Notes under the pieces: generated by a model | Database searches by the model: none | The model's input: the letters and a program-made list of their open reading frames with translations, nothing else | Told to the model about the DNA's origin: nothing | In this document: piece after piece, positions 38,579 through 52,649 of the stretch | Numbering within the stretch: position 1 is the stretch's first letter | How the letters are laid out: every line of letters begins with the position of its first letter | Origin: Nymphaea colorata | Lineage: Eukaryota | DNA: 64,000 nucleotides | Reading direction: 5' to 3' | Assembly: GCF_008831285.2 (NCBI RefSeq) | Contig: NC_045138.2 | Span: forward strand, 36,828,001 to 36,892,000 | Program-made: the position numbers and the translations under genes

Positions 38579-41231
38579 ATGAATCCGAAATCCGGCATCA
38601 TCGACCGGTGGCGTAAGTTTTTCCGCGGGGCGGACGGTGACATCTTCGATGTTCTGGAGTATGCAATCCTCGTGGCGGCGTCGGATTGCCCGAAGGAGTT
38701 CAGGATCAGGAGGGACGAGATCGCCCAGAAGCTTTTCTCCTGCAGGCTGATCCGCTGTGTGGAATGCGATTCGGTGGCGCTGGCGGAGCCGACCGAGGAT
38801 AGAGATGGTGGCTCCGAGGGGTGCCATGTGAAAGAGAGCAAGGTCAATAGCAGCACCGACGATAATGAGAGGAACCGGATTAGCAATTACAGCTACGACG
38901 AGGCAGAGGCACTCACTGAGGAGATTGAGGAGGAGTCACAGATTGTGGGTGAAGTCCTTCGGATTAAAGAAGTTCTTGAAAGTCCTGATGAGGTATAGAA
39001 AATAAACCTTTTTTGTTTTATCGGTGAAAATTCCGACTTTCTGATGAATAGTTTGAGGCAATCAAGAAGATGGTACCTTCCCCTTTCGACTGAGAAGAAT
39101 GAGGACGATGTAAAAGTTCATTGCTAGACACTTGATCGTGTAACATAAGCCACCGATAGGCTTCTACAAATTCACAGTGAACATTCCTGCCTATTACTAT
39201 TAATGGGCTCTGTAGAGATGATTCCTTTTGTTGGTTTTATATGAAGTTTCTGGTTTGAAGGGGCTAACTTGGACTTTCTGTTTCTTTCACTGTAAATGGT
39301 TCAACAGTTCTTGATTCATAAGCTACGACTACGTTGTTTTCTGTGAATTAGGAGAAAAAAATAGTGATTACGTTCTCTCTTTGTGTGTTTGTGAGTTGTG
39401 ATGGATGCGCACTTGCGTAGACGGTGGTGGTTCTTCATCATGATGTTGATGGCTGATTTCAGTCCTGGTTTTTCCTTTTTTGCAGTCTGATGCTTCACTT
39501 TTCGAATCATTGAGGAGGCTGCAACTGATGGAGCTCTCGGTTGACACCTTGAAGGTGCACATCCTCATGATCTTTTTGGTCCTTTTCTCGCTATTAGTTT
39601 ACAGTGGCTGCCATGATTGAAGTGGAACCGATGAATTCTGTTCCATTTTGTCAGGCCACAGAGATTGGAAGAGCTGTTAGCAGGTTGAAAAAACACGGCT
39701 CTAAGCAGATACGAAATCTGTCCAAGACACTCATCGGGTAAAATCAGCTGCTCCCTTCGTCTGTGTTTCTTGTAATTCCATCCTTGCTCCCATGCGCAGC
39801 CTGGGAAAGAGCACCTCTGTTTTAGTAATGTTTCAATCAGTTTCTTGTTTTGATTGCTGCAGTAACTGGAAGGACTTGGTTGATGAGTGGGTTCGAACCA
39901 CCTCAACAGTGACCGGTAAACACTTTCTTCTTTTCTCTGGATATGTGTTGAACAGGTGATCAGACGATCCTTTATGTAACAACCTCAATTTCCCTTTGTG
40001 AATCCAGGGGATTCGCCGGACTCCCTTAATCCTTCGACAGTAGACGACGACGACGAAGAAGGACTACCTTCCCCTCCACTAGATGAAGGAGCTTTCTTGG
40101 CTCCACACACTACATCAATTGAGCTCTCTCAGGTAGATTTAGCTATTGGAGCCCAACCTATGACCACTTTTTTTTTTTTTTGCTATTCTGTTCTTCCACT
40201 ATCATCTTGCTAATTCTGACTTTTGTCCATGTTTTTCTGTTGGAATTCTTCCAGTTCTTCGATGGGATGGATGATGATGGAAGTGAGTTTCTACTTCCTT
40301 TAAATCCTGCTGAGCGTATCTTCCTGGTTTTTGACATTTTGTAGCTTGCTCGTTACTAAGTTCTTTGTGTTTTCTTATTGCAGACCCTCGGAGTGGTGTT
40401 AGTGAACGTGACAAGCTTAAGGAGAATGGGAGAAAGTCTGATCTCGAGAACAATGTTCAGCGGAGAAAAGTGGACTTGTCAGAGAAGGATATTGTTAGGG
40501 AAGAAAAGGAGGTGATTAGAAACCAAGAAGCTTTTGTGGATAGAAGACAAATGAAGGCACCCCACTTCCATGCACCATCCAACAATTCGGCTCCAGGCCG
40601 GCCACCAAAGCCATCGACAGACATTAAGCTCGTCACTAAGCCTATATTGCAGCAAAGACCATCGTCGGTCCAAGCAACTGCAACAGCCACAGTCTCCGAC
40701 GTAAGTAACAGTTCAAATTGCAGAATTTGTTCGACATCAATTAAGTCTTGAATATTAAATTATCTCTTTCTCTCCGCATTCTAGAAATCCAAGTGTTCAG
40801 ATGACATGTCCGTCCGAGTGAAGCTTGAGGCTACCAAGAGAAAGCTTCAGGAAGGGTATCAGCAAGCGGAGAACGGTTCGTTCTTAAACTTTCATCCACT
40901 ACATAGTTCTGTTCTGCATTCTTGAGTATCTACAGAAGATCCCTTGATCTTTTTAACTTTGAGTAAATTATGCCAACCGGTGCCACTTCCATACAAATGG
41001 CTATGGCTGTCCAGTGATATTACGTAGTGTAGCTCCTTCTTGTTCTTGCACCTATGAGTTGCGGCGATTCCTCTTCTGAAATCTCTTTTGGTGTTCTTGA
41101 TGATAGCAAAGAAGCAAAGAACAATTCAAGTCATGGAGTTGCATGATCTGCCCAAACAGGGATTGGTACAGAGACATCCCCACATGAAGCCTGGTTTCCA
41201 TAATCGACACTGGAACAATGGGCGGCGTTGA
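38579..41231 (+). CDS. Probable Mediator subunit 26-like protein (MED26b-like, TFIIS N-terminal domain), 434 aa
   Basis: Nine exons, total 1305 nt: 38579-38992, 39486-39554, 39655-39737, 39863-39915, 40008-40132, 40255-40282, 40384-40700, 40785-40875, 41107-41231. Motifs: DIFDVLEYAILVAASDCPKEFRIRRD, LRRLQLM..LKATEIGRAV..LKKH..WKDLVDEW, GLPSPPLDEGAF, KLEATKRKLQEGYQQAENAKKQRTIQVM. Confidence 0.92.
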
Positions 41232-42755
41232 TAGCAGTCGCACTGATGAAGAGATACGCTCCAACTGACTGGCTTCCACTTCCAAACAAAAAGTGAGAGT
41301 GAAAGTTTAGACCTCTGCTTGTCTGCAACTATGATTTAGTACAGACATGACATTCACGACAGTCAACCTCTCTCCCATTGGAATTGCAGCTCATCTCCAC
41401 CTCAAGCGATGGATGTCTATCCAGCACATGAATGAGCCGAGGCCTTTCTTTTTCAGTTCAAGGTCGCGGGAGGTAAAAAGTGAAACATACTATAGAATTA
41501 TGTATATGGAGAACTAAAATTTTTGACATTTTGACTCACCGTAACTCTGGTACCGTGTCTCGAACTCTCCGTGAGCCAGGACTCCAATTTGTCAGCTCAT
41601 TTCTGAGATAAATCTATGAAAAACATTATTTCTGCGGCAGTTTTCTCCATGATGTACAAAAACGCCTGGCAATCTGCTATTTTTGCTCTGCACTTTTCTG
41701 GTGGCGACTTTAATTTACTGGAAATTAACACGGTGCGGTAAAACTGTAACAGAATCGGTCTTCCTATTTACTTCGTGATCGGTGCTAGAACTTGGACTGA
41801 GGGCGAAAAAGGATTCTCATCTTCATAAGCCAGCAGAGCTTAGGAATGCAAAGAGTGGCCAGCGTCGTCTGCCACATTGCTGACAAGAAATGCCTGTTTC
41901 AAGTGTTCTGCGTTGTAGCCTTGAGTCAAGATCTATCGGTTCAAGTACCTGGTGAGGAAAGATAAAAGAATTGCAGAGCAACTCAAAAGAGGAAACCTGT
42001 TAAACCAACATTCTAGAAATGTCTACAAGGTTAACGTACACAGAGAGAGAGAGAGAGAGTTGAGTTAAAGAGATTTTACAGTAACTTCATCTCACTGGTA
42101 TGCGTTTCAGTAGTCAGTTGGTGGAAACCTCTGGTGTGTTGAATACACTCTGGTCAAAATGGGTTGATGGGTGTCGCCTAAAAAGTCCCCATCTCTATAA
42201 AATGTTCTCACAATATGCTGTCACTGTTCAAAACTCTTTTAGTCATGGAGGCCTCCTAATTTTAGCAAAAGAAATTTCCTCCCTCCTTGTCAAAGAAGAA
42301 AGTGATTCTCCGTTCAACTGCTCCTGTCTATTGCATAAGACTTGAATTGTTTTCAGTGCCTGGCGTCCTGAAACTTTTACTGCGAAGTGATAAAAAAACC
42401 CAGCTGTATTATTGGCCGACGCCTTTGTGAGGCAACATGGTTGTCATTTTCAGCTAGAGGATGTAAAGGCCCCAAAAGTTCGTCATTCTCAATATCGAAA
42501 GTCTATCTACCGTCCACAGCCACAACCAACAAGGCTGGTGGTGGCACCCATTTAGAGAAGGTGGGCCACTCTAGTTATCATAAATGCTGGGCTGGGGATT
42601 GTGGTAGGAGATATTGCGTCCAACTTTTTTCAATAAAAACAGTTATTATCATTTGCATATTTTATGTTTTTGGTGGTTTCCCGGTCGAGGGCCTTCTTGG
42701 TTTAGGTCCCTGGAATGTGCGATTTTAGGCCAGACCACATCCAGCAGACCTGCAT

Positions 42756-42995
42756 CGCTGTTTGACAGCAGTAACAACTTAACTGTTTTATGAATCTACT
42801 TCAGGTAAATTGACAGACTACTGCAACATAATGTTTAATCTTTAAAGTATATTATAATTTAATTTTTATTATTGTTTTATGAATCTACTCCAAAAATTTA
42901 GGTAGATTTACAGACTACTCTAACATAATTTTTCTGTTTAATCTTTACAGTAAATTCACGAAATAGTAAATAACTGTTCTCCTTATCAAACGACT
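42756..42995. mobile_element. Possible Tourist-like MITE with internal tandem duplication
   Basis: Ends ...TGTTTGA / TCAAACG.... Two diverged internal copies of TGTTTTATGAATCTACT..AGGTA..ACAGACTACT..AACATAAT..GTTTAATCTTTA. Confidence 0.45.
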
Positions 42996-45900
42996 GACGG
43001 TTCAGAACCAAAATCCTTTTAGCCTGATTGGGAAAGAAAACCACCATGGCGACCCTTCAAGAAAATAAGTTGAAGCTTTTACTTGATTTTGGATTATATG
43101 CGGGTTTAGCCTCGTACCATATTGATATTGGCCACAATAACGCACAGCAGTCAACCTGCCCCTTAAATGATTATTTCTTCGTTTTTTTATATGCCGTCTT
43201 TCTTGTCATATGTTCTTGTGTTCAAAAAGCAGTCTTTCCAATAATCGAATTTGCAAGTTGGTGTCTATTAAATCAAGAGCAAATAACAGGCTTTTGTTTT
43301 GTCCTCACACTTCTACTTTCTTCTTTAAGTAGAAAACTTAAATTAAAATGATTGATTAATTAACTGAAAATACTCAAAAAAATAGTTATTAATTAAGAAA
43401 TCAACCATGTAGAGTAACTGACGAAACCGGAACTAGATTACACATGCAAGCTGACCATATAATTCCCTAATTAGAACCCAAATTGGAGTTTATAACTGGA
43501 AAGATGGTAATATTCCTTCTCATTCGAAGTATATCCGCGATGGCTTCTCTCAGTCTGCCCCATGTGGAAGATCCCCTCATCAGGTCAGGGACCAAACAAA
43601 ATTGCATTCCACATGCTAACATCCTTTTCACTTTCTAAATCCCCACTTTCTTCTACGTTCGGAAGAAGGAAAAAAGAAAAAAAAATGCCTGCAAATCCGT
43701 TCCACCTCCTTCACACAAATGCGAACAAGATTCTACCACCAACGAAAATTTTGGTAGCTGTGATGCAACTTTGCTAGAGAGAGAGTGTGTGTGTGTGTTA
43801 CAAAAGTCCACTGAGACCAAGACCAAGGGCTTTACTCCTGGGTCACCTTGTTCAAGACCGCATGGGTAGGGCTGGACATCCTGTCCGGTGGGCTTCACGA
43901 CGCGACGCGTAGCTGCACCCAGTCTAATCGTGCTGGGCCTGTTTGGCTCGAGCCCACTGAAAAGGGATCATGCCTGATTGAGCCAGTGGGGAGGGCTTGA
44001 TTGGGTTCCTTTGAACAAACCTGGTCGCGGACTGGACCGACCCGGCTCGGCTCGGCTCGGTCTGCTTTGCAGCAGCTGACCTGACCATAAGATGAGTTGC
44101 GTGGGGGGTTTGGTGGTTGACTGACGCTCAACCTCCAACGGCAGCGTTGAGCTCACGCGGCTTTGACCGAATTCATTCTCAGTTCTCAACCCCCACTCCC
44201 TCTCATCTTGTTGTTGCTGTGATTATTATTGCTACGTGGGACCTTGGTCTTATTTATTTTTCTATTTTTTTTAGTCTCTTGCCCCTTTTATGGCTCACCC
44301 TTTTTGACCGGTGAAAAGGAGATGAAAATGCGACGCATCTTCTTCAATGAAATTCCGTGCCCTTGCGGAAAAAAATTTTATTAAGTTGAAGGTTTCCACG
44401 GAATAAATAAGTTCCTTTGGCAAAAGCAAAATTAAATTAATGCAGGTGTTATTATTGCGCAGATCGGCGTCGGCTTAGCACCCGTGTCCTCCGGGTATGG
44501 ATCTTGATTCTGGACACGAGTCGTGCTGTCCCGGAACCATATCCGTGGTAGAGAGAGAGAGAAAAAAAAAAAAAACTACAGTTAAATACATTTTTAAAGA
44601 TATAATGATATTATTCGGTTAGAATTCAAAGCTCTTGGCGTTGGAAGGCCTTTGTAACAGAACATTTATAGGGACTGAATTAAACGGTCAAGGCCCTTAT
44701 TTCTAATTGATTTATTTATTGGTCTTTATCATGGAAGCGGTTAAATGCTTTGACATTGGGCGATGTCAAACGTCCGATACCATTTAATAAAATACTCTTT
44801 TACGTGCCATCGTCTCTGCTTGGAAATCATAAAAAACAAAAGATGAGCTTCACAAATCAAAGCGTACAAGGCAAAGAGCTGCCGAAACAAGATATGTTCA
44901 CTGAATATGAGGTTTTCCTTACACCAGACGAAACCGGATCAAACCAGTATTGAATCCAAAAATATTTGTATTCAACTTCAGCCTTAAATAGGTAAACATG
45001 ATGTGGGTATGGATGAGACCCAAGTCTATGCTGTGTCTGTAAGGTCGGGATCGTCCAGCCGGCCGGCCGGTGGCCTGGGCTTCATGTGAAGAAGAGAGAT
45101 CAGCAGGAGCTCCATCCACGTAGCTAGTGATGCCGACAAGAGTTGAGTCCACCAACCCTAGAGTAGAGGGGCCGGCTAATTTAATTGGAAGAGGTTGCGG
45201 TTCTGCGACCAATATTTTTCTCCTGGTAGGGTCTGACTCGCCGAAATAGAAAGAGAAGAAAAGTAATTAGGAAGGTTTTAACAAAAAAATATAGGTGTCA
45301 AATCACCGCTTTAGTAGTTTATAATTATCCTTAAGAATTGGTAATTAACAAATCTAGATGTATGCTTCATGTTAATCTGGCTCGGCCCGGCCCGGCCTGT
45401 TTCAAGTTATAGGTCCGAAGCTAACTTGACTCGAGCTCAATGCCGGAAAACTCTCCTAAATTGTGTTCCTTGAACATGCAGAAAACTTATTGTCTCGAGG
45501 ACATAATCACAAACTAACTAGGCCACCTGAGATGCAAATGGGTCAGATCTGGTATAGAAGTTTTGGGTTGTGACCCGAAACTCAATATGTTTAGCTGTCT
45601 CCCATCCTAACCGAACCGTTTTGGGTCTCAAAATATCAATCCACTTGACCTTATTGATATGCGCACCTAATCCATCAGCCGGCAACCAACAATAATGAAG
45701 TAGGCCCATTGACCTATGTCATGCTGGCCTCTAGCTGATTTTTTGTTTGTTTGTTTCTAATCTAATTAATTATAAAGAGAAACCAGAAGCCGCACCCAGT
45801 ATTAGAAAAATAATAAACCTTATACATTTTAAAGTTATTCGAGGATAATCACAAGATTTTCATTTTCAATCAACAGCTGTATCAATGACTATGACATTCA

Positions 45901-46294
45901 AGATTGAAAACAGCAATTCCATTTCTTTTTAGATTAGCTTTAGCTGTGTGTGGTAGGTGCAAATACTTACATATATATATATATATATATCAATGTGTTG
46001 CACTTTTTATAAAAAATCATGGCCTGGGGATAAGATTGTTAAGACATCACAGACTCTCTTGTCAGTTTGTTGATTTACACAAAAAAAAAAAAAAAACTCA
46101 TCCATAGTTTAAGGAGGTTTTCATTTGGGTCCCCAAATTCTGGACAACAAGCAGAAAGATGGTTTGTATTTTTTTTCATATTTTTCGCGCACAAGCTCAT
46201 CTTCATCTGTAATTGATCCTTTTGGCTTGGAGCTTGGACGACTTAACAAAATCAAATTAAAAAAAAAAAAAACTACCGTTGATATAGTCTTGGC

Positions 46295-46463
46295 TAGGGG
46301 CAGAGGCTCACATTCTGAAAAATTAAAATTTACCCATTAATTTTTTTTTTTAAATATTAGTTTGGCCTCAGTAGAACTTTTGAAAAATGAGCATTGACCC
46401 CTATAAAGAAAAAATTAAAAGATCATATTGACAGTTCAGCCCCAAAAGATGACTCCGCCCCTG
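46295..46463. mobile_element. Short MITE with CAGGGGCGGAG-type TIRs
   Basis: TAGGGGCAGAG at left, CTCCGCCCCTG at right, AT-rich core. Flanks match at only 5 of 8 positions. Confidence 0.5.
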
Positions 46464-48465
46464 CTCTTGTTTAATATCCTCGATCCATAGACTTGAAAAA
46501 CAACAGCCTTTCAAACTATAACAGAAAATTTCCCTCAAGCATTTCGATGCTGCTTCATTTATTGGACTGCTCAACAAGGCCAGTGGCTCTTCTTTTTTTC
46601 GTTTTCCAATGGTCAATTTCACGGTCGCACAATCACGTGCAACATGGTGCTCTTATGCGATGTGAAGTTGCGTTGGAATGAGAGCCATACGCGACGAACA
46701 GTGACCCCGCGGTAGCCACAAGCACTGCACCAATTAAATCATCCGCAAAACAATGCCTTGAACGATTATGATTAGTACCTAAAATGCAAGGGGGGGGGCA
46801 TGTGCACCCTAAGTTGTGAAATTAATTAAGTTTATTAATGATGATCGCGTAAACTAAGTACTAGGCTAAGCAGGTTGACTTAATAAGCCACGCTTAGAGT
46901 TCCATATCCGAGGTACATATTTCTTATTATATAGGGTCAAGTGGATAGAGGTGGTGGCGCGAGTCCACCTCCATTTTCTCTCATTTAAGGGGCAGAGCTA
47001 AGTTTGCGACACATTTTTTAACTCGAGTGTCGTGCAGCCATCATTTACAAGTAGCGTTCATAAGCATGAAACTAAGGCGACCAGCTATGCTACACTTCTA
47101 AAAACACTTAATTGGTGGATAGAGATGTCGTTCACTTATTATACATGACCAGATTATAGGATGCAGAGGTGGAGCTAACCATGGTTAATGATAGGTCTCA
47201 AGCCTGGCTCGAAAAACTCAAACACATGCATGATCCATGGTCTCCACTCAAACATGGTGGGGGAGTCTCATGACACTGATAAAAGTACTCTTTGTCCCAA
47301 AACGTTTTCTTTTCTGTCCCGCCACTCGGGGCGAGACAGAAAGTGCACCAGAGGAATGTCTCAGGTGTTCTGTCCATGACATTCTCCTCCATGCTCTTAT
47401 ATACAAGAACAATAGAGGGCAGGATTCAGGCTCCATCAAGAATCTTCACACTTCTTTATGGTGGTGCTATTTTTTATGGGAATAAATTAATAAAAATGGT
47501 TTTAACTTAAAATAACTAATACAACACTAACAAATCGTGTCCTTTTTTTTTATTTGCATGCCGAATAAATGAAATTCTCTAAAAAATTGGAAAAAAAATA
47601 CAAAATCCCGCTCAACTTTTAATCTTATTGCTAAAACAGGATCATTCGTATTTTTCTTTTCAAGCCACAGCTACTCTCTCCTAAGATTTAAGATTGTGTT
47701 GGGGTGTATAAATTCCGATGACATTCTTCTCACTGAAGGTGTGCAAATGGTAGGTTCGCTTCCTCTATGTCTGATCTCATGAGTTGGTTTATTTTTTATC
47801 TATAATTTTATGAGCAGTACAATTTTTTGTTTCATTGGTCTACATCTTTTTCCTTTCCCTAAGTTTGATTGTCATTTATACCTTAGTTTTAATTTTCTGT
47901 TGTTGCAGGCAGGTGGTTCCAAGTTGATTTCATTTCCTTATTCTCGACAATACCAATGCAACTAGGCACATAAATTAGTCTATTCTAGGTGATGGTAAAA
48001 TTGAATATCTTGCATAAAAATCTACATAATGTTGCAAATTAGTTAGAAGTCATGATAAAATGCGACTATGGATATTAAAGGTATATTTGATAGCTTCTGT
48101 TCTCAAATCCGAGACTGATTTCTAATCAATTTTATGTAAGGCTGCATAGCAATCAAACATGGAAGTATGAAAAAGAGAATTTGAGATCCCCAATATATCG
48201 CCAAATTCTCACATTTGATGTTAGATGTAAAGGAAGCTGACCCCAAATTCTTGTAATGTAAAATCCCTAGTGATTTCATATCACACGAGATGCTTGCCCC
48301 TGCCTCTTGTAAAAACGGTGAAACCCTTTTGTTAACCCCCGAAATTTCGAAACCCTCCTGTGCGGCTGCGCCCTTTTTCTTTTCCTCAGTCCTCACTTCT
48401 CACCCGACTCTGCATATCGCCCGCCGCTCGTTCCCCAAGGGCTTCTCGTTCTTCTTACCGCTCAG

Positions 48466-48715
48466 GTAGCTCTCTCTTTCTCTCTCGATTGAGGGAAGCC
48501 TGCCGGCAGCCCTCGCCTCTCTCTCCCATCCTCTCGCTCTGGAGTGAGGGCCGACGGCAGCCTTCTCCTCTCTCTCTCTCTCTCGATTGAGAGTCTGTGT
48601 GTGCTTCGAGGCTTATGCGTTGCCTCATGATAGGCGCAACCCCTTGCTTTGCCTCATTGTATTGAATAACATTGCTTCTTGTTTCTGCTCCCCCTTTTTT
48701 TTTATTTATTTACAG
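48466..48715 (+). other. Probable 5' UTR intron of IMP4
   Basis: CAG|GTAGC donor, and a long T-rich tract ending TTTACAG about 70 nt upstream of the ATG. Inferred from splice signals only. Confidence 0.55.
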
Positions 48716-48787
48716 TGGCTTCTTGGAGCACTCCGACTGCTAGGACTTGTAGGATTTTACTGCTTGGGAATCGAACCGGCGAAGAAG

Positions 48788-51700
48788 ATGCTGAGGCGAA
48801 ACATCCGTCTAAGGAGAGAGTACCTCTATAGGAAGAGCTTGGAAGGAAAAGAGAGGCTGCTCTACGAGAAGAAGCGGAAGATCAGAGAAGCCCTTGAAGG
48901 TTTATCTTGTACCCCTCAGCACCCGTCTTTTTTTTTTTTCTTTTTTGCTTAGTCTATTTTTGCATTCATGTTTGCTATGGGATGTCAAATTCTCTCACGT
49001 CTGCGGGTTTGTGAGTCTTCTGTTTGCTTCATTCTTATTCTCCTGATGTCATTGATGCCTAATTCTCCTTCTCACCTGCCTCCTCATTTTTCTTATTGAT
49101 ATGGGAATGCACTTCAATGTGTGCTTGAAGGAACCAATGGTAATGCTCCTCCTGTGTAGGAACTTTCTGCACCAAATTTAAGAAGGCGATGAAAGTATAT
49201 CATCTGTCGGGGCCTTGAGGGAATTTATATCGTTATGTTTGTTTGCATGCCTCTTCGCAATAATAATGGATTTGTGTCATTTTTTAACTGACAAAAAATT
49301 GGTTGAATAATGTATTGTGTTTGCTGCTGATGTCCATACTCTTGTACTGCCAAATTTCATGTGTCGATGGAGCACTATCAAATATAGCATGCACCGTGGA
49401 GGAAGAGATGAGGAGTAGGATTGAAAACATAAAGACCAACTTGAGCTTGCATGACTAGGTGCCTAGTATCTGTATCGTTACCAGAACTTCATTTGTGCTG
49501 ATTCTCCAATGAATGATTGTCATATGAGATTGTTCTTCTTGGTTATTGTTGTCACTATTCTTAGGATACTACGGGCTAAGAGGATTTAACTTAGGGTCAT
49601 AGGATGTGTCTTACATTCAGACAGCTGCAATTTTTTGGTGCGCTAAGGAAGATTGACTGACTGATAATTGACTTTATTTGTTATTGAAGTTTTTGTTCTT
49701 GATTGTTTCCCACCTGATTGGAAAGCATGTCAATTGTCAAGGAATTGAAGGCTGCTTGACCTAAAAAATAACATTTCGTATTCTCGCTAATCTCTGAAAG
49801 AATACTGGTGCGCAGAGAATTGGAAGGCTAGAAGCAGGTGGAATATAGTACTTTGTGTTTAGAATTTAGATATAATGATACAGGTCACACATGTCGTCAA
49901 ATAGAAGGTAGTTTTGGTAAATAATTTTCCTTGAGTGTGTCATCATTTTTCTTTTCTTTTATTCTGGTTTAGCAGTTAAATGTGATAGGTAACAGTGATA
50001 CTGTACATATTGAATTTTTAGTTTATAACGCCTTAGAACATTTCTTGCTTTAGTTTTTTTCAAATTTCTTCTTGGAGCCACACTTTAGTTATGATGGCTG
50101 TTGTATCTATTTATCCTCATTGCAGAAGGAAAGCCAATTCCAACAGAGCTTCGAAATGAAGAAGCAGCATTACGTCAGGAAATTGATCTTGAGGATGAAC
50201 AGACGGCAGGTTGTATTCCCACCTCTCTGCATTATTCATGTAAAAGTTGACATGAAGAAAAAGGAAAGAACAATAAGAAAAAATGTTTTTTTTGGGGGTG
50301 GGGATGGAAAAAATAGGGCAAAAGAAGTAGAAGAAAATGGAGGGGTAAAAAAAATTTCACATCATGTTTTTTTACTTGAGTCTTTGGGTGGCCCAGTAGT
50401 TCAAGAGGTGGCTGCATATGGCCTGGGTGTGCTTAGCTACTAAAACTGCCTGATTCAGTGCTGACCACCACCTTACTAGTTAGTACGTTAATTACCTTAA
50501 CCTGCATCATAAAATTCATATTTTGAGACAGGATAAGATGAACAACTCATAAGCATTTGGCAGGATAATGCTTACTAAATTATGAAAAACGGAAAAACTT
50601 GTGTTGAACTCAATTTGTATAGCATCACACTTAAATCTGATTAAACAATGTTGAAGTCACCTTAATTAAGGGCATACTACCATAAGCTTTGTATTCCTAG
50701 GCTTATCTGAATCTGAACTATTTAGTTTCATTATTGGGATCAGTGCCAAGAAGTCACATTGATGATGAATATGCTAATGCCGCTGAAAGGGATCCAAAGA
50801 TTTTACTGACAACATCTCGTGATCCTAGTAGCCGTCTTGTACAGTTTGTGAAGGTTAGATTGCGACTAGTTTGTTTGAAATTTAAATGGGCCAGTTCATG
50901 CTAATACTGATTGTTGTACATAATAATATTAACTTTGTCGTGCCTGTGCAACAGGAACTTAAATTCATTTTTCCTAATGCACAGAGAATAAATCGTGGCA
51001 ATCAGGTTAGTTTTTGAGATTTGGCGAGTAGGGTTTATACTCTGATTACCATTTCAATTGACTATACCAATCAAGAAACCTAGACCTGTGGATATATGAT
51101 ATTTCAAGTGAAATATGCTCCACAACTCATTTTTCTGCAGGTTATATCAGAAATTGTTGAGACTTGTCGCACATATGATTTTACAGATATCATCATGGTG
51201 CATGAACATCGTGGTGAACCTGATGGCTTGGTTGTATGTCATCTGCCTTTTGGTCCTACTGCATATTTTGGATTGCTCAACGTGGTATTGTAAGCTGCAT
51301 CCTATTTTATTTATTTTTGCATCAGTATGTTAGTATTATTGGCAATTTTTATATCTAGAAGTGCATCTGATGTGTTCAACTTGACCGGTACACTGTCATC
51401 AGGTAACGAGACATGACATTAAAGACAAGAAATCTGTCGGAACAATGTCTGAGGCCTTTCCCCATCTGATTCTTCATAATTTTTCAACTAAGGTACAGTC
51501 ATAAGATAATCCATGTCTTAAAAGCCGTTTAAAATTAGCCTTCTTCTTCAAGGCTCTTGTATGCTTTGTGCTGGTCCGAGCCTTGAAACTGTGGTTTTCT
51601 ATCTGTTGGAATCATGCAGCTTGGTCAGAGAACTGCGAACATTTTGAAGCACTTGTTTCCCGTTCCTAAACCAGATGCCAAGCGCATTATTACGTTTGCC

Positions 51701-52603
51701 AACCAATCTGATTATATTTCCTTCAGGTGTGGTATCTTTTATTGTTCCTTTGTCTATATTCTTGTTTCTTTCTAAAGTTTTATCATAGAATTTCCCCTTA
51801 GACACTAATAGTTAGTAACTTAGTAAAGTTACTGATTCTAGTGTATCTCAGTAAAAAAAATACAAATAGTGAGCTTGTGTATAAACTTGTTTGAACATCC
51901 TTGATTATTTGACCCATCTCCTTTTCAATTTGATTGGTGTTGGTTTGGCTTTCTCTGTTTCTCATCAGTGGAATGACGAGCTTAGTTATGAAAACGGGCA
52001 CATTACTTTGTCTGTTGAGACCACCACTCAAATTATTCAGCGTGTTGTCAGTCTTGCTGAAGCACTTTCTGACAAGTAATATGCATAGGGATCTTAGACT
52101 GTATGAACCAAGGGTGGGCATCGGGCCAGCTCGGCCCGGTTCTTACAAATCGGGCCCGGGCCCGATACCCGAAACCCAGCCCAATACCCGAAACCTGGCC
52201 CCGGCCCGGCCTGATTTTAAGAAAAAACTATTTTTAAAATATAAAATATGTTTTTGTAATGTAAAGTATATTTTTAATAATAAATTATATAATAATAATA
52301 ATAATAAAATAATATTTTAAAATTAATCGGGCCGGCCCATACCGGGCCCTCGCCGGCGGCCGGGCCCGGTGCCCACCCCTACTATGAACTATGGGATGTT
52401 GTCAACTCTGTCACCCGGCTTAAGCTATTGCATAGGAAGAGTTGTCTAGTTAAAATGGCCTTAGCAGAAAACTCTTCTGAAAGGACACGATACATGAAAG
52501 AGAAGGATTTGTTTTGCTTGAGTGTGCACCTCTCTCTCATTGAATGGTTGTTGACACAATTGTCACCATTAGATAGTTAACACATGGTAGTCTAGGTGTG
52601 TCT

Positions 52604-52649
<46 letters not shown>

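Noticed and set aside
43975..43990. TGATTGAGCC matches the 5' half of miR171
   Set aside because: The match stops after 10 nt, I found no star arm, and the context is a degenerate MITE-like repeat.
47715..47780. Box C/D snoRNA-like pattern (CGATGA...CTGA...CTGA) upstream of IMP4
   Set aside because: Non-canonical C box, no terminal stem and no rRNA or snRNA complementarity that I recognise.
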